Shown: one piece after another, positions 11,586 to 20,422 of the stretch
Layout of the letters: each line of letters starts with the position of its first letter
Numbering within the stretch: position 1 is the stretch's first letter
NCBI GenBank assembly: GCA_963720465.1
Contig: OY970393.1
Span: forward strand, 1,824,001-1,888,000
Reading direction: 5' to 3'
DNA from: Methanobacteriota archaeon
Lineage (GTDB): Archaea > Halobacteriota > Bog-38 > Methanoflorentales > Methanoflorentaceae
Length of the DNA: 64,000 bases
Notes under the pieces: model-generated
Databases searched by the model: none
What the model saw: only the letters and a program-made list of their open reading frames with translations
What the model was told of the DNA's origin: nothing
Program-made: the position numbers and the translations under genes

Positions 11586-11786
11586 AATCCCGCGCAATCT
11601 ACTTCTGGCAGAGGAGTTTGGGCGTTGATCGCTTGAGCAGAGTGCAGAGCGTCTCGTTTTAGGTGGCAACATTCGTTCCTAATGAATACCTGGCTCAAAA
11701 AAATTGTCAGTTCAAGTTCAAAATCAGAAAAAGGTTTCAAAATTAAGGAAGCCGTTTGTATGTCCCAAACGGCGCTGCTTGATACT

Positions 11787-11853
11787 GGAGCTTAAGGCCC
11801 GCCGCTCGCCCTACCTCGAATCGTCTCTTATTACGCGCGGCGGACCCCGCTCC
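11787..11853. ncRNA. Candidate structured RNA/hairpin element, copy B
   Basis: GGAGC/GCTCC ends, CCGCCGC/GCGGCGG stem, loop CTACCTCGAATCGTCTCTTATTAC similar to copy A. Confidence 0.5.
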
Positions 11854-12002
11854 GTGCTGACCGCAGCAGCTTTGCGGTTTGCGATAATCTGCTGTTTACA
11901 GTGTAGGCGAGACCGCTTTAAGCCCCTTACGGTTTTGTCGCGCGGGCGCTGCGCATCGGCTGTTCTTTGTTAAGTTGGGCTTTGAAGCAGTCATCGCCGA
12001 GC

Positions 12003-12062
12003 TGTGACACGAACGCGGTGTCACGCGTTTACACGCAATTCTTGCCTCACGCGGCCTTATAG
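12003..12062 (+). promoter_or_regulatory. Operator array (2 units) plus TATA-like box of the Cys-microprotein cassette
   Basis: GTGACAC-N7-GTGTCAC palindrome, 26-bp period, CTCACGCGGCCTTAT as at 24116 and 54770. Confidence 0.7.
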
Positions 12063-12089
12063 CGTTTTTGTGCGCAGGCTAGATCAGAG

Positions 12090-13100
12090 GTGAACGTTAT
12101 AGCGACAAATGTAGCAAGCACACAAACGGGCGGACTGCTGTACGCGGGTGTCGCCTCGGCGCTGCGGATAAACAGGCGAATTGAAAACGACGAGATTCCA
12201 CTCTTTATGCAACGGTGCGTCATCGACGCAATGCGCTGGGAAGTCGGCGGAACGCAGTACGAACAGTGGCGCGCTGAAAACGGCAACGGGAAAGATCCAG
12301 CCGTTAAATGGCGTGACGAGGTGGTTACGCCCTACCTCCAGCAGCGATTTGATGGGCTAGAACTGCGAGGCGATGGCCATCTTTGTGGTATCCGACACGA
12401 TAACGATGAGGAGATTGACGAGCGTTTCTACGACACGCAACAGCTTCGAGGCTCCATGCTCGCAAAGTGCCCGGGACAACGATGGCTGTTTGCTCTCGGG
12501 TGCTGCCGAAGATACAGACCGCAGTAGAGTTCGCGTCTTTTTCGAAGGTCGCGAGAGGCTGACGGTGTTCCGCGTGCACCAGCAAGGGCGTGTGCTACTG
12601 CGTCCATTTACGCGTCCGCGTACTCGATGTCCGGAAAGGCGTCTTCGAATTCGAGCCTCCTGTCCGTAAGCTTGTTGTACACGATTACCGCCTCTTGTGG
12701 GGTTAGTGGCGTCAGTTCCGGGTCGCGCTCATCGTCGTCGCCAAAGAACGGCACTGTTTTTTCGTATTTGAAATAGCACCCGCTAGGCGTCCGGAACAGG
12801 TCGACGTTCTTGAGGCCAGTTTTCAGCGTTTCAATGCAGAACTGGTGCTCGTTCCGCGCAAGAAGGATACCTGTATCGGTGTCGCACACCACGCCGCCAA
12901 ACGCTTGTTTCATAGACATACCGTTTGGATGACCTCACAGTTAAACTTTGTATGTGCGCGCGGAAAGTAAAATAGCCTCACGCGAAAAAAGCGATGGCTG
13001 CGCGAACACGACGAACGATCTGAAGTGCAACAAGTGCGCAAAGCGCGTCGCGGATGCGGTTAACGGCGCGCTTCTGCCGCGACATAGCAGCTTCAACTAA
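12090..13100 (+). pseudogene. Split, degenerate copy of the Cys-rich microprotein gene
   Basis: 5' half at 12090-12144 (VNVIATNVAST..., ATG changed to ATA); 3' half at 12996-13100 (GCANTTNDLKCNKCAKRVADAVNGALLPRHSSFN*); ~850 bp of unrelated DNA between. Confidence 0.75.
12608..12919 (-). CDS. Small acidic hypothetical protein, phage/plasmid-like
   Basis: MKQAFGGVVCDTDT...LFRTPSGCYF...PLTPQEA pattern recalls small mobile-element proteins; GAGG upstream. Confidence 0.7.
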   Translation of the reverse strand: MSMKQAFGGVVCDTDTGILLARNEHQFCIETLKTGLKNVDLFRTPSGCYFKYEKTVPFFGDDDERDPELTPLTPQEAVIVYNKLTDRRLEFEDAFPDIEYADA

Positions 13101-13620
13101 AATGCGTTCCAAACCGGGCGATAATTATGTCCTTCGCGGGTGCTACCGATAGTGTGGCCGATACGTTCCCCTTGAAATAGCATGAAGTGCCTTCAGCATG
13201 GTTTGCGATCAATTACCCCGACCTTTTCAACTGTCTTTTGCACTTGCACGGGGTAGTTTATACGCAGCGGGTTTAAGGGGGCCCTATAGTGCGCTTCTTT
13301 TCTAAATTACGTGGCCTTAAAACTCCGCTAAATCGTGCCACTTGTCCGATCGTCCCGGGTTTAAACGAACCGCGTCGTACGCTTTTTTTGCACCTTAGAT
13401 CGTCTTAGATCACCGCTACGGATGACCTTTTGCCTGCTCGTCCTGCGAGTGTGGCTGAACAAAGCCTTCCGCGTGGTAGAGGATGTGGTGAGGCAGACCC
13501 CACCACGCCATGGATTAGCCAATTCTACTATGGAGGCGGATCGCGAAAACCGTTTGCTACCTTATATTAAAAAAGGGAATGTTTGACACGTGGGGCTTGA
13601 GGGCCCGTTTAGCACGCGCT

Positions 13621-13824
13621 TCATTCCGTGTGTTCTTCGGCTTCCAGCATTTCCATCAAAGGCTTCTTAAGAATGAGGACGCGCCTTCCGACTCGTAGGG
13701 CCGGCAACTCGCCGGACTGCACCATCCGATATGCGGTCGTTCGACTAATGCCTATAAGGCGTGCGGCGTGCTCAACGGACAACGTCAGTGCTTCATCTTT
13801 ATCGTGTTCTTTAGTCATGGTCAC
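13621..13824 (-). CDS. Excisionase-type helix-turn-helix protein (HTH_17)
   Basis: LSVEHAARLIGISRTTAYRMVQSGELPALRVGRRVLI; GAGGGTG RBS. Confidence 0.9.
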   Translation of the reverse strand: MTMTKEHDKDEALTLSVEHAARLIGISRTTAYRMVQSGELPALRVGRRVLILKKPLMEMLEAEEHTE

Positions 13825-14183
13825 ACCCTCAAGAACGAAAAGGCGCTGAGCTACATATATATGTCGTCCATATGTCGTCCCCCCGGCGCGCTCAACAAGA
13901 TCTGCGTCTTGGCAGAGGCGCGTGGTGATGTCAGCATGCGTCCAGCGTTGCGGGGAGACTCACGTGCTACTACCAGTAACGTGCTGCCACTATTGTTCTG
14001 CCACGTCTTTCAGACCGACGAGCATAAGGGAGAGCAATAAACGTTACGCGTTTTACGCTCGCGTGTTAGCAGACGCAATTCACACGGCTTAGGAAGTGCG
14101 TTATACGTTTCAGGATGTGCTGAGCGCGCACCTTTTGAGCACACACGAGCGGCACCAGCACCCGCACCAAGTGCGTACTAATA

Positions 14184-14990
14184 TCAATGCACGTCCCTAA
14201 ACAGGAGGGTGCTGATGATGGTCATCAGAATGAAGAATCCAACAACGACGCCGAAGTCGAGCGTGAGAGGGTACGCGTGCAGTCCTGTAAAGGCGTACCG
14301 CAATGCGTCAACGGCATACGTGAGCGGATTGATATCTACCAGCGCTTTCATCCAGCCGGGCAGCGAAGTGACGGGGAAAAGCGCGCCGCTCAGGAAAGAG
14401 AGCGGCAAGGCCAAGAAGACCACCACCACCTGAAAACCCTCGATGCTCTCGACCTGGGACGCGAAGCTCATCCCCAGCTCGCTAAAACCCATGGTGATGA
14501 AGAACATAGTCACCACGACGAGGGCGAACGCAGCGGGAAGTCCCAGAGGGCCTGATAGTCTTACTCCGAGAAATGCTGCAACGACAACGACGACAATTCC
14601 CTGGATCATTGCCGTAGTCGTTCCTCCAAGCGCCTTGCCGAGGAGTATCGAGGATCGTGCGACCGGAGCAACGAGGATCTCTTTGAGAAAGCCGAACTGC
14701 TTGTCGAACATGAAGCTCATCCCTGAGGACGAGGTAAGACTGTTAAGAATTGCCATAAAGCCGAGGAGCCCCGGGACCAGGAAGTCGAGGTAATTCGTCG
14801 TGCCTGTCGACCCGGCGAATTGCAGTGATGAGCCGAGTGATGCGCTGAATCCTACTCCGAATATGATGAGCCACGCCATCGGTTGAACGAACGAGATAAC
14901 GACTCGCGACCGGGCTCTGACGTACCGGGTCATCTCTCTGAGCCAAATCGAATAGACGTCAGTTAGGAAGCTCGTTATTGCGTTTGGCAT
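14184..14990 (-). CDS. ABC-2 type exporter permease (DrrB-like)
   Basis: FLVPGL, GFLKEILVAPV, SGALFP, NPLTYAVDALR. Confidence 0.93.
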   Translation of the reverse strand: MPNAITSFLTDVYSIWLREMTRYVRARSRVVISFVQPMAWLIIFGVGFSASLGSSLQFAGSTGTTNYLDFLVPGLLGFMAILNSLTSSSGMSFMFDKQFGFLKEILVAPVARSSILLGKALGGTTTAMIQGIVVVVVAAFLGVRLSGPLGLPAAFALVVVTMFFITMGFSELGMSFASQVESIEGFQVVVVFLALPLSFLSGALFPVTSLPGWMKALVDINPLTYAVDALRYAFTGLHAYPLTLDFGVVVGFFILMTIISTLLFRDVH

Positions 14991-14992
14991 CG

Positions 14993-15092
14993 CTAACGTC
15001 TCCCCGGCCCACGGAACGCAGCGAACCCGCTCGAGGCCCTCGGCGCCCGAATCTTCCGTCCGGTGTTAACGATTGTCTTCATTCACTGTCAC
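14993..15092 (-). pseudogene. Deletion scar of the cognate ABC ATPase gene
   Basis: RBS plus a GTG stub joined to TGRKIR...* (compare HTGRRIR at the end of the 60432 ATPase), ending 2 nt before the permease ATG. Confidence 0.55.
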
Positions 15093-15249
15093 GTCCCTTA
15101 GTTGCAGTTTGAGAATTGCCGTGCGTTTAAGTTCAGCAGCCGGATTATCGAAAGCAGCAGGCGAGTTGGTTCTTCTCTTGTCCATAAATCGGTCACCGAT
15201 ATATATGTCAGAGATATATATTTAAATATCTTTCTGTATAGTGCTCCTC

Positions 15250-15594
15250 ATGGCGGAAAAGCTGTATGCGTTCTTTGTGCTATACGTTCTAAACGAGCAG
15301 GGGGAACTCAGCGGATATAGGATCGCCAAGATCATCACCGAGATAACCGAGGGTTACTTTTCCCCGACACCAGGAAACATCTACCCCGTGCTGGGGAGCC
15401 TAGAGCAAAGTGGATTCGTAAAAGCAAAAAAGTCCAAGGCCGCCGGTACAGAGCCAGGAGGCCGCAGAAGGAAAATCCTCATTGAAATTACACCTGCTGG
15501 GAAGGCGGCCCTTTTCGATTTTGCGAAACGCAACAAAGAAAGGTTTGAAAAAATCACCTTTTTTTTCGACAAGGTAATAGGAGGCGCTTCATAA
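15250..15594 (+). CDS. PadR-family transcriptional regulator
   Basis: SGYRIAK...PTPGNIYPVLGSLEQSG...ITPAG; TTTAAATA TATA box at 15221; ATATATGT-N3-AGATATAT inverted repeat just upstream. Confidence 0.9.
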   Translation: MAEKLYAFFVLYVLNEQGELSGYRIAKIITEITEGYFSPTPGNIYPVLGSLEQSGFVKAKKSKAAGTEPGGRRRKILIEITPAGKAALFDFAKRNKERFEKITFFFDKVIGGAS

Positions 15595-15736
15595 CTATCT
15601 GACCGCGCGCAGAGAGGGGGTTTAAACGCTTCTAGCTCATTAATTCTTTTTTCGTTTCTGCCGCTTTTTTGTCGATTATTGGGCTGGACTCTGAATCTTG
15701 TTGACGGAGCGCGTCACCCTTGATCTGCAGTCTTCG

Positions 15737-16070
15737 TCATTTGGCGGTGTCTCGTAACTCCTTATTTAGGGAGAGGCCTACTACCGTTCTGATGCCGACG
15801 ATGAATGCGAGAATAACAGCCTGATCCAACGTAGGACTGAGGATCGTCCTTACGAGATCATTCGCGACAAAAAGCTCCAACTAGAACGATTTTCGAGGTG
15901 TAGTCCACTCGGATGGCGGTGTAGTTAGGCGGGTGTCGGCGAAGGGCAGGCCTCACGAGCTCCACTACGACGCGCGCACTTGCGTAGAAGATGATGACGG
16001 CGCCTACGACCTCGAATAAGGTGACAATCCAGCTGACGACAGTTACCCAGTTGCTAATATCCTCGAACAT
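15737..16070 (-). pseudogene. DUF1622 membrane protein, frameshifted
   Basis: After ~15880 the alternative frame reads LELFVANDLVRTILSPT...IVGIRT...LNKEL*, matching the DUF1622 C-terminus. Confidence 0.8.
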
Positions 16071-16272
16071 GTGACGAAGAACACTTGGGCTTTTTATCGG
16101 CAATGCGTGGTAATAACATTTCCTTTCGCGAATCCGACTTTTGTCGTTTCGTCATTTCAAGCACCCTTTCGAGATCTGATGGACGGCGGTTAAAGCCCGC
16201 TAGCGTTCTCGCTTCGAAAGACTCACGTGCGACAGGCAACAGCCGTAACGCAACACGGCGCACGCGATACCA

Positions 16273-16476
16273 CTATCGTCTTTGCTGCCTCGTGAGCTCA
16301 CTTTGGCTGCCTTCAAAACGCGGGACCTCTGCTGGTTGAAAATATACTAGCGGTCGATCAGCCGTTCGATCTGCCTTCCGCTTGTCTAAGTCATCCACAT
16401 AGGCCTTGAGCTTCTCACAACACGTCTCTAGTTCTTTCACGCGTCTTTCTAAGGTGGCTATCCGTTCGTCGCTCAT
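16273..16476 (-). CDS. Small coiled-coil hypothetical protein
   Basis: MSDERIATLERRVKELE heptads; GGGGTGCAGGT upstream. Confidence 0.6.
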   Translation of the reverse strand: MSDERIATLERRVKELETCCEKLKAYVDDLDKRKADRTADRPLVYFQPAEVPRFEGSQSELTRQQRR

Positions 16477-16653
16477 ACCTGCACCCCTATTAGAGTCATA
16501 GAAAGTATCATCATGTGACCTGCCGTATCACGCATATGTGAGGTTGCCAACCACAAAAAGCGTTCCTGTCTAATGGTGGCCAAATGAGAGAGCCTCAAAA
16601 ACCGAAACTGGTGGGCACGATAGTTTATATCGAGCGGGCATCTCTACTCGCGT

Positions 16654-16830
16654 ATGGGCACACTAGCAGACCTCGCGCTCATAGCACTCGTCTTGGTGAT
16701 CGCGCTTCTCGCTATCATCATCATCATCATCCACTTGATCCCGCTGTTGATCGTGGTCGCGTTCCTCCTCCTTGTGGTGTGGCTTCTTTTTTTCCGACGC
16801 CGTCCACCGCGAGCTGTCGCGGCAGCATAA
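16654..16830 (+). CDS. 58-aa two-TM microprotein, family copy 1 (not in ORF track)
   Basis: MGTLADLALIALVLVIALLAIIIIIIHLIPLLIVVAFLLLVVWLLFFRRRPPRAVAAA; TTTATAT ~25 nt upstream; homologous to 21487-21669. Confidence 0.85.
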   Translation: MGTLADLALIALVLVIALLAIIIIIIHLIPLLIVVAFLLLVVWLLFFRRRPPRAVAAA

Positions 16831-17168
16831 ATAATCTCATCAGGAACGAAGAGACAGAAGGTATTCATTGTTCGTCCTTCCGCTTTCCTACGGGCTATTA
16901 ACTGGTCTATTTGTTTTTCTTCGGTGTCCTTAAAATGATTAAGGCTCTGCAGTGGAATGAGTCGTATCAGGATCAGCCAACTGCTAACTGTTGATAACTT
17001 ATCTCGTCTTCCATCAGCGTCTAGCAGATTTGCGTAATAGATTGCACAAACAGCAAAAATGGAATTATTGGTTATCTCAACGCATCTGCAAGGCCTTGCG
17101 AGGTCCTATATATAGGGCTGGGACTTGTGTTTTACCGTGCTACTCGATGCCGTAAACTCTAACTAGAT

Positions 17169-17654
17169 CTAAAGTCCGTCTAAATCGAGTTTACGCTTCT
17201 TAAATTCCCTTTTAGTAAAAAGTAATCTGTACTCTTTGATGTTAATGGCGCCAGAGATACGCCCTACCACGCCGAGGCACTCGTCTTTTGAATGACCGTG
17301 GATCATTGTGTAGACGTTGTACGTCCATTCAGGGTAGCTCATTCGTTCATACCCGTGACTTACCTCCGTTAGATCCCGTATTACCGCTTCAAATTCATCA
17401 ATTCGCTCTTCGGGAATTTTCCATGCAACGAGGACGTTTGACGAGTACCCTACCTGATCATGCCTCACTACCGCGCCATACCGCCTAATGACGCCATCAG
17501 CAATTAATAAGCGTATGACCTCTAACAGCTCATTTTCTGTCGTTCCGAGCTCCTGCGCAAGTGCGAGGAACGGCCTACTCTTAATTGCTAAACCGCGGTG
17601 CAGACCGCGTATTATTCGGTTGTCTGCTGCTTCGTAAGTGCTCTTTTCGTGCAC
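17169..17654 (-). CDS. ahbB: Siroheme decarboxylase beta subunit
   Basis: RPFLALAQELG, IRRYGAVVRH, VSHGYER, WTYNVYTMIHG, EFKK. Confidence 0.9.
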   Translation of the reverse strand: MHEKSTYEAADNRIIRGLHRGLAIKSRPFLALAQELGTTENELLEVIRLLIADGVIRRYGAVVRHDQVGYSSNVLVAWKIPEERIDEFEAVIRDLTEVSHGYERMSYPEWTYNVYTMIHGHSKDECLGVVGRISGAINIKEYRLLFTKREFKKRKLDLDGL

Positions 17655-17658
17655 GTTC

Positions 17659-18114
17659 TTATATCGTGAAATTCGTTTTTAGCTTGAGAACTCGCTTGAC
17701 TGGGACGACAAGCGAACCCAGGGGGTGTATTTTTCCTTTTACTTCTTGAAGCGTCGAGGCAAGCCCTTCGTCTGATGCCGCAGCGAGGGTAAACCAGATG
17801 TTGTATTCGCCTTCCCGCTCATAATTGTGCGTCACCCCCGCATACGAGTTGATGATTTGAGCAGCCATATCGACTGCATTTTCCGGAACTCGTAAGGCAA
17901 CAAGCGTGCTTACGAGCCCGATCATTTTTGAATTGAAGATTGGGCCGATCTCCCGTATCACCCCATCGGCCTTTAGCTTTCGAATTCTGGCAAGGATTTC
18001 GTCTTCAGGAATGTCGAGCGTCTTCGCCAGCTCTTTAAATGGTTCTTTTGTTAGCGGGAACTGGTCCTGCAGCAAGTTTATCAGTAGTGAGTCAATCGCA
18101 TCGAAGGTTCTCAT
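17659..18114 (-). CDS. ahbA: Siroheme decarboxylase alpha subunit
   Basis: LQDQFPLTKEPF, IREIGPIFNS, STLVA, VTHNYER, YNIWFT; ATGA overlap with the upstream gene. Confidence 0.92.
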   Translation of the reverse strand: MRTFDAIDSLLINLLQDQFPLTKEPFKELAKTLDIPEDEILARIRKLKADGVIREIGPIFNSKMIGLVSTLVALRVPENAVDMAAQIINSYAGVTHNYEREGEYNIWFTLAAASDEGLASTLQEVKGKIHPLGSLVVPVKRVLKLKTNFTI

Positions 18115-19094
18115 TGCCACGCGCCACCACAATACGGGTCGTCACCAAGGTAATTACCGCTCATTGCTAGTGCCCGTGCCCGGCAGCCCCTGCATGTGTC
18201 TGAATAACGGCACGTTTTGCACGCCCCCGTAAATGCTGCAGGTTCGCGCAGCGACGCTAAAATGGGGGACGTCTCCCATATCTCGCTCAAGTTCGTCTGT
18301 CGTACGTCTCCTACCGGTACCGGAAAATACCCGCAGGGTTGGACCGTCCCGCTGCTCGTAACGAAGACGTAACTCAAACCCGCAAGGCATCCTTTACGTC
18401 GCTCTTTTAGCCGGTACTGCGGGGCGCACGTTGGTCGTATGGGGAGAGTCCCATTCCTGTCATATTCATCAAGCCATTTGAGTGTCTCATAATAGTCAGA
18501 CGTTGAGACGAGATCGGTCACACGGCCTCTGCCCGTAGGCACAAGGGCAAAGACGTGCCACGCCGCTGCGCCGGATTCACGCACTATGTCATAGATCCGA
18601 GGGAGCGACGCCACGTTAGCGTTGGTGACAGTCGTATTGATCTGAACCGCAATCCCCGCCTCTTTCAATGCTTTAGCCCCGTTAAGTGCATCGTGATACG
18701 CCCCGCTCACACCTCGTAACGAATCGTGCGACTGAGCATCTGCACCGTCAATGCTAATTGAGGCTATAGTGAGTCCCGCGTCTCTCAGCATTCTAGCCCT
18801 CTTTTCGTTGACTAACGTCCCGTTTGTTGCAAGCGCGGCTCTCACGCCAGAAGTCGCAGCGTGCTCGATCACGATGTCAATATCCTTTCGTAAGAGCGGT
18901 TCGCCGCCAGTGAGGATGAGAAGAGGGTGAAACGTTGAAAGTTCGTCGACAAACGTGCACGCTTCATCAGTGGTGAGCTCTCTCTCTCCATTTCGTTTGC
19001 TTCTTCCCGTTCCGCCTGCATCTGCCTTGCAGTGGCCACACGCAAGGTTACATTCTCGTGCGACTTCCCACGCCACGACGGCGGGCATCTTCAC
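18111..19094 (-). CDS. ahbD: Radical SAM heme b synthase
   Basis: AWEVARECNLACGHC, LTGGEPL, VPTGRG, PTCAPQY, GCLAG, SPASM Cys cluster; operon context. Confidence 0.85.
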   Translation of the reverse strand: MKMPAVVAWEVARECNLACGHCKADAGGTGRSKRNGERELTTDEACTFVDELSTFHPLLILTGGEPLLRKDIDIVIEHAATSGVRAALATNGTLVNEKRARMLRDAGLTIASISIDGADAQSHDSLRGVSGAYHDALNGAKALKEAGIAVQINTTVTNANVASLPRIYDIVRESGAAAWHVFALVPTGRGRVTDLVSTSDYYETLKWLDEYDRNGTLPIRPTCAPQYRLKERRKGCLAGLSYVFVTSSGTVQPCGYFPVPVGDVRQTNLSEIWETSPILASLREPAAFTGACKTCRYSDTCRGCRARALAMSGNYLGDDPYCGGAWQ

Positions 19095-20230
19095 GTGCTG
19101 CCACCTCGTATCATCTCATCGCTCAGGTAGCAGCTTGGATCCGCTCCCCAAAGGTCGCCCATTCTGGATGCTCGCACCCTGCAGCCACCGCATATCTCTA
19201 CATACCTACACGTGCTGCAACGCCCCCTAAGGTGCGATTTTTTGTCACGTAACATCGAGAGGAGTTCATTCTGGCTGTTCCATATGGTGCTCAAGCTGCT
19301 CTGTCGTACGTTGCCCACTGCGCCCTCCCAGAACTGGCAGGGCCGCACGTTTCCATTTGGATCGATGTTGACGATCTTCTGTCCTGCAGAGCAGCCCCCG
19401 TGTGCTGCAAGGAGGGATATCACAGCGCTCTTATCGGCACTTTCGATCGAATTTAGTATATAGATGCCATCTGCGTGATTGTCGGTGGTGAGTACCTCGA
19501 TTCCGTGGTCTGCAAGCGTTTTCGTTCGTTGAATGAGGTAGTCCATCATCTCAACTCGCTTCTCGTTGGTGATATCCATCTCGGCACTTGCCCTCCCTGC
19601 GTACACGAGATGATACAAGCAAAAGCGGGGGATCTGGTGCCTAATAAGAAGATCGGTAACTGCAGGCAGGTCGGGGGCGTTGTGCCGGTTGACCGTGAAC
19701 CGTATGCCCGTTTTTATGCCCGCATCTTTCGCGTTTTTCAGTCCTTCAAGTGCTTTCCTAAACGCTCCTCTCTCATTTCTAAACCTGTCGTGCGTCGCTT
19801 CCACCCCGTCAATGCTCACGCCGACATACGAAACGCCCGCTTCTGCGATCCTTCGAGCGTAATCTTGTGTGATAAGGGTTCCATTGGTAGAGAGGCCAAC
19901 TCTCAGTCCTTTCGAGACAGCATATGCGCAGAGCTCAACGGTATCACGTCTTATGAGCGGCTCGCCCCCGGAAAAAAGCATGACAGGGGGGTGCAAGGTC
20001 GCGGCATCATCTATGAGCCTGAGTGCTTCATCCGTGTTCAGCTCATCGGCAGCAGCTGCATTAGCCGCATCAATATAGCAGTGCGAGCACGCGAGGTTGC
20101 ACTTTTTTGTAACGCTCCATACGATGACCGGTCCGTGGTTCCCAGCATAATGGAGCTGTCGACTTGCTTCGATTGGACGTGACGAGTCTACACTAGCGGT
20201 TCTGAGTAACAGGTTCGTGCATCCTATCAT
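19091..20230 (-). CDS. ahbC: Radical SAM Fe-coproporphyrin synthase
   Basis: MIGCTNLL, CNLACSHCY, FSGGEP, YVGVSIDG, YHLVYAGR, DNHADG, PCQFW, CGGCRVR. Confidence 0.92.
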   Translation of the reverse strand: MIGCTNLLLRTASVDSSRPIEASRQLHYAGNHGPVIVWSVTKKCNLACSHCYIDAANAAAADELNTDEALRLIDDAATLHPPVMLFSGGEPLIRRDTVELCAYAVSKGLRVGLSTNGTLITQDYARRIAEAGVSYVGVSIDGVEATHDRFRNERGAFRKALEGLKNAKDAGIKTGIRFTVNRHNAPDLPAVTDLLIRHQIPRFCLYHLVYAGRASAEMDITNEKRVEMMDYLIQRTKTLADHGIEVLTTDNHADGIYILNSIESADKSAVISLLAAHGGCSAGQKIVNIDPNGNVRPCQFWEGAVGNVRQSSLSTIWNSQNELLSMLRDKKSHLRGRCSTCRYVEICGGCRVRASRMGDLWGADPSCYLSDEMIRGGST

Positions 20231-20422
20231 CTACTATAACCGTACAGACCCTGCGCTCGTATTAATAGTTTAGTAGACGAGGCGTTGAATTGATTCAGGT
20301 TCACTGACTAGCAGATTCTGACCTTGCCTGATGAGGTTTCTTAACGGCACGTTCCTATTATCGAATGCTAGTATGACGAAAAACTAATAGATCAAGCTGC
20401 ACAGACGTTCTTCAAGATCAAC

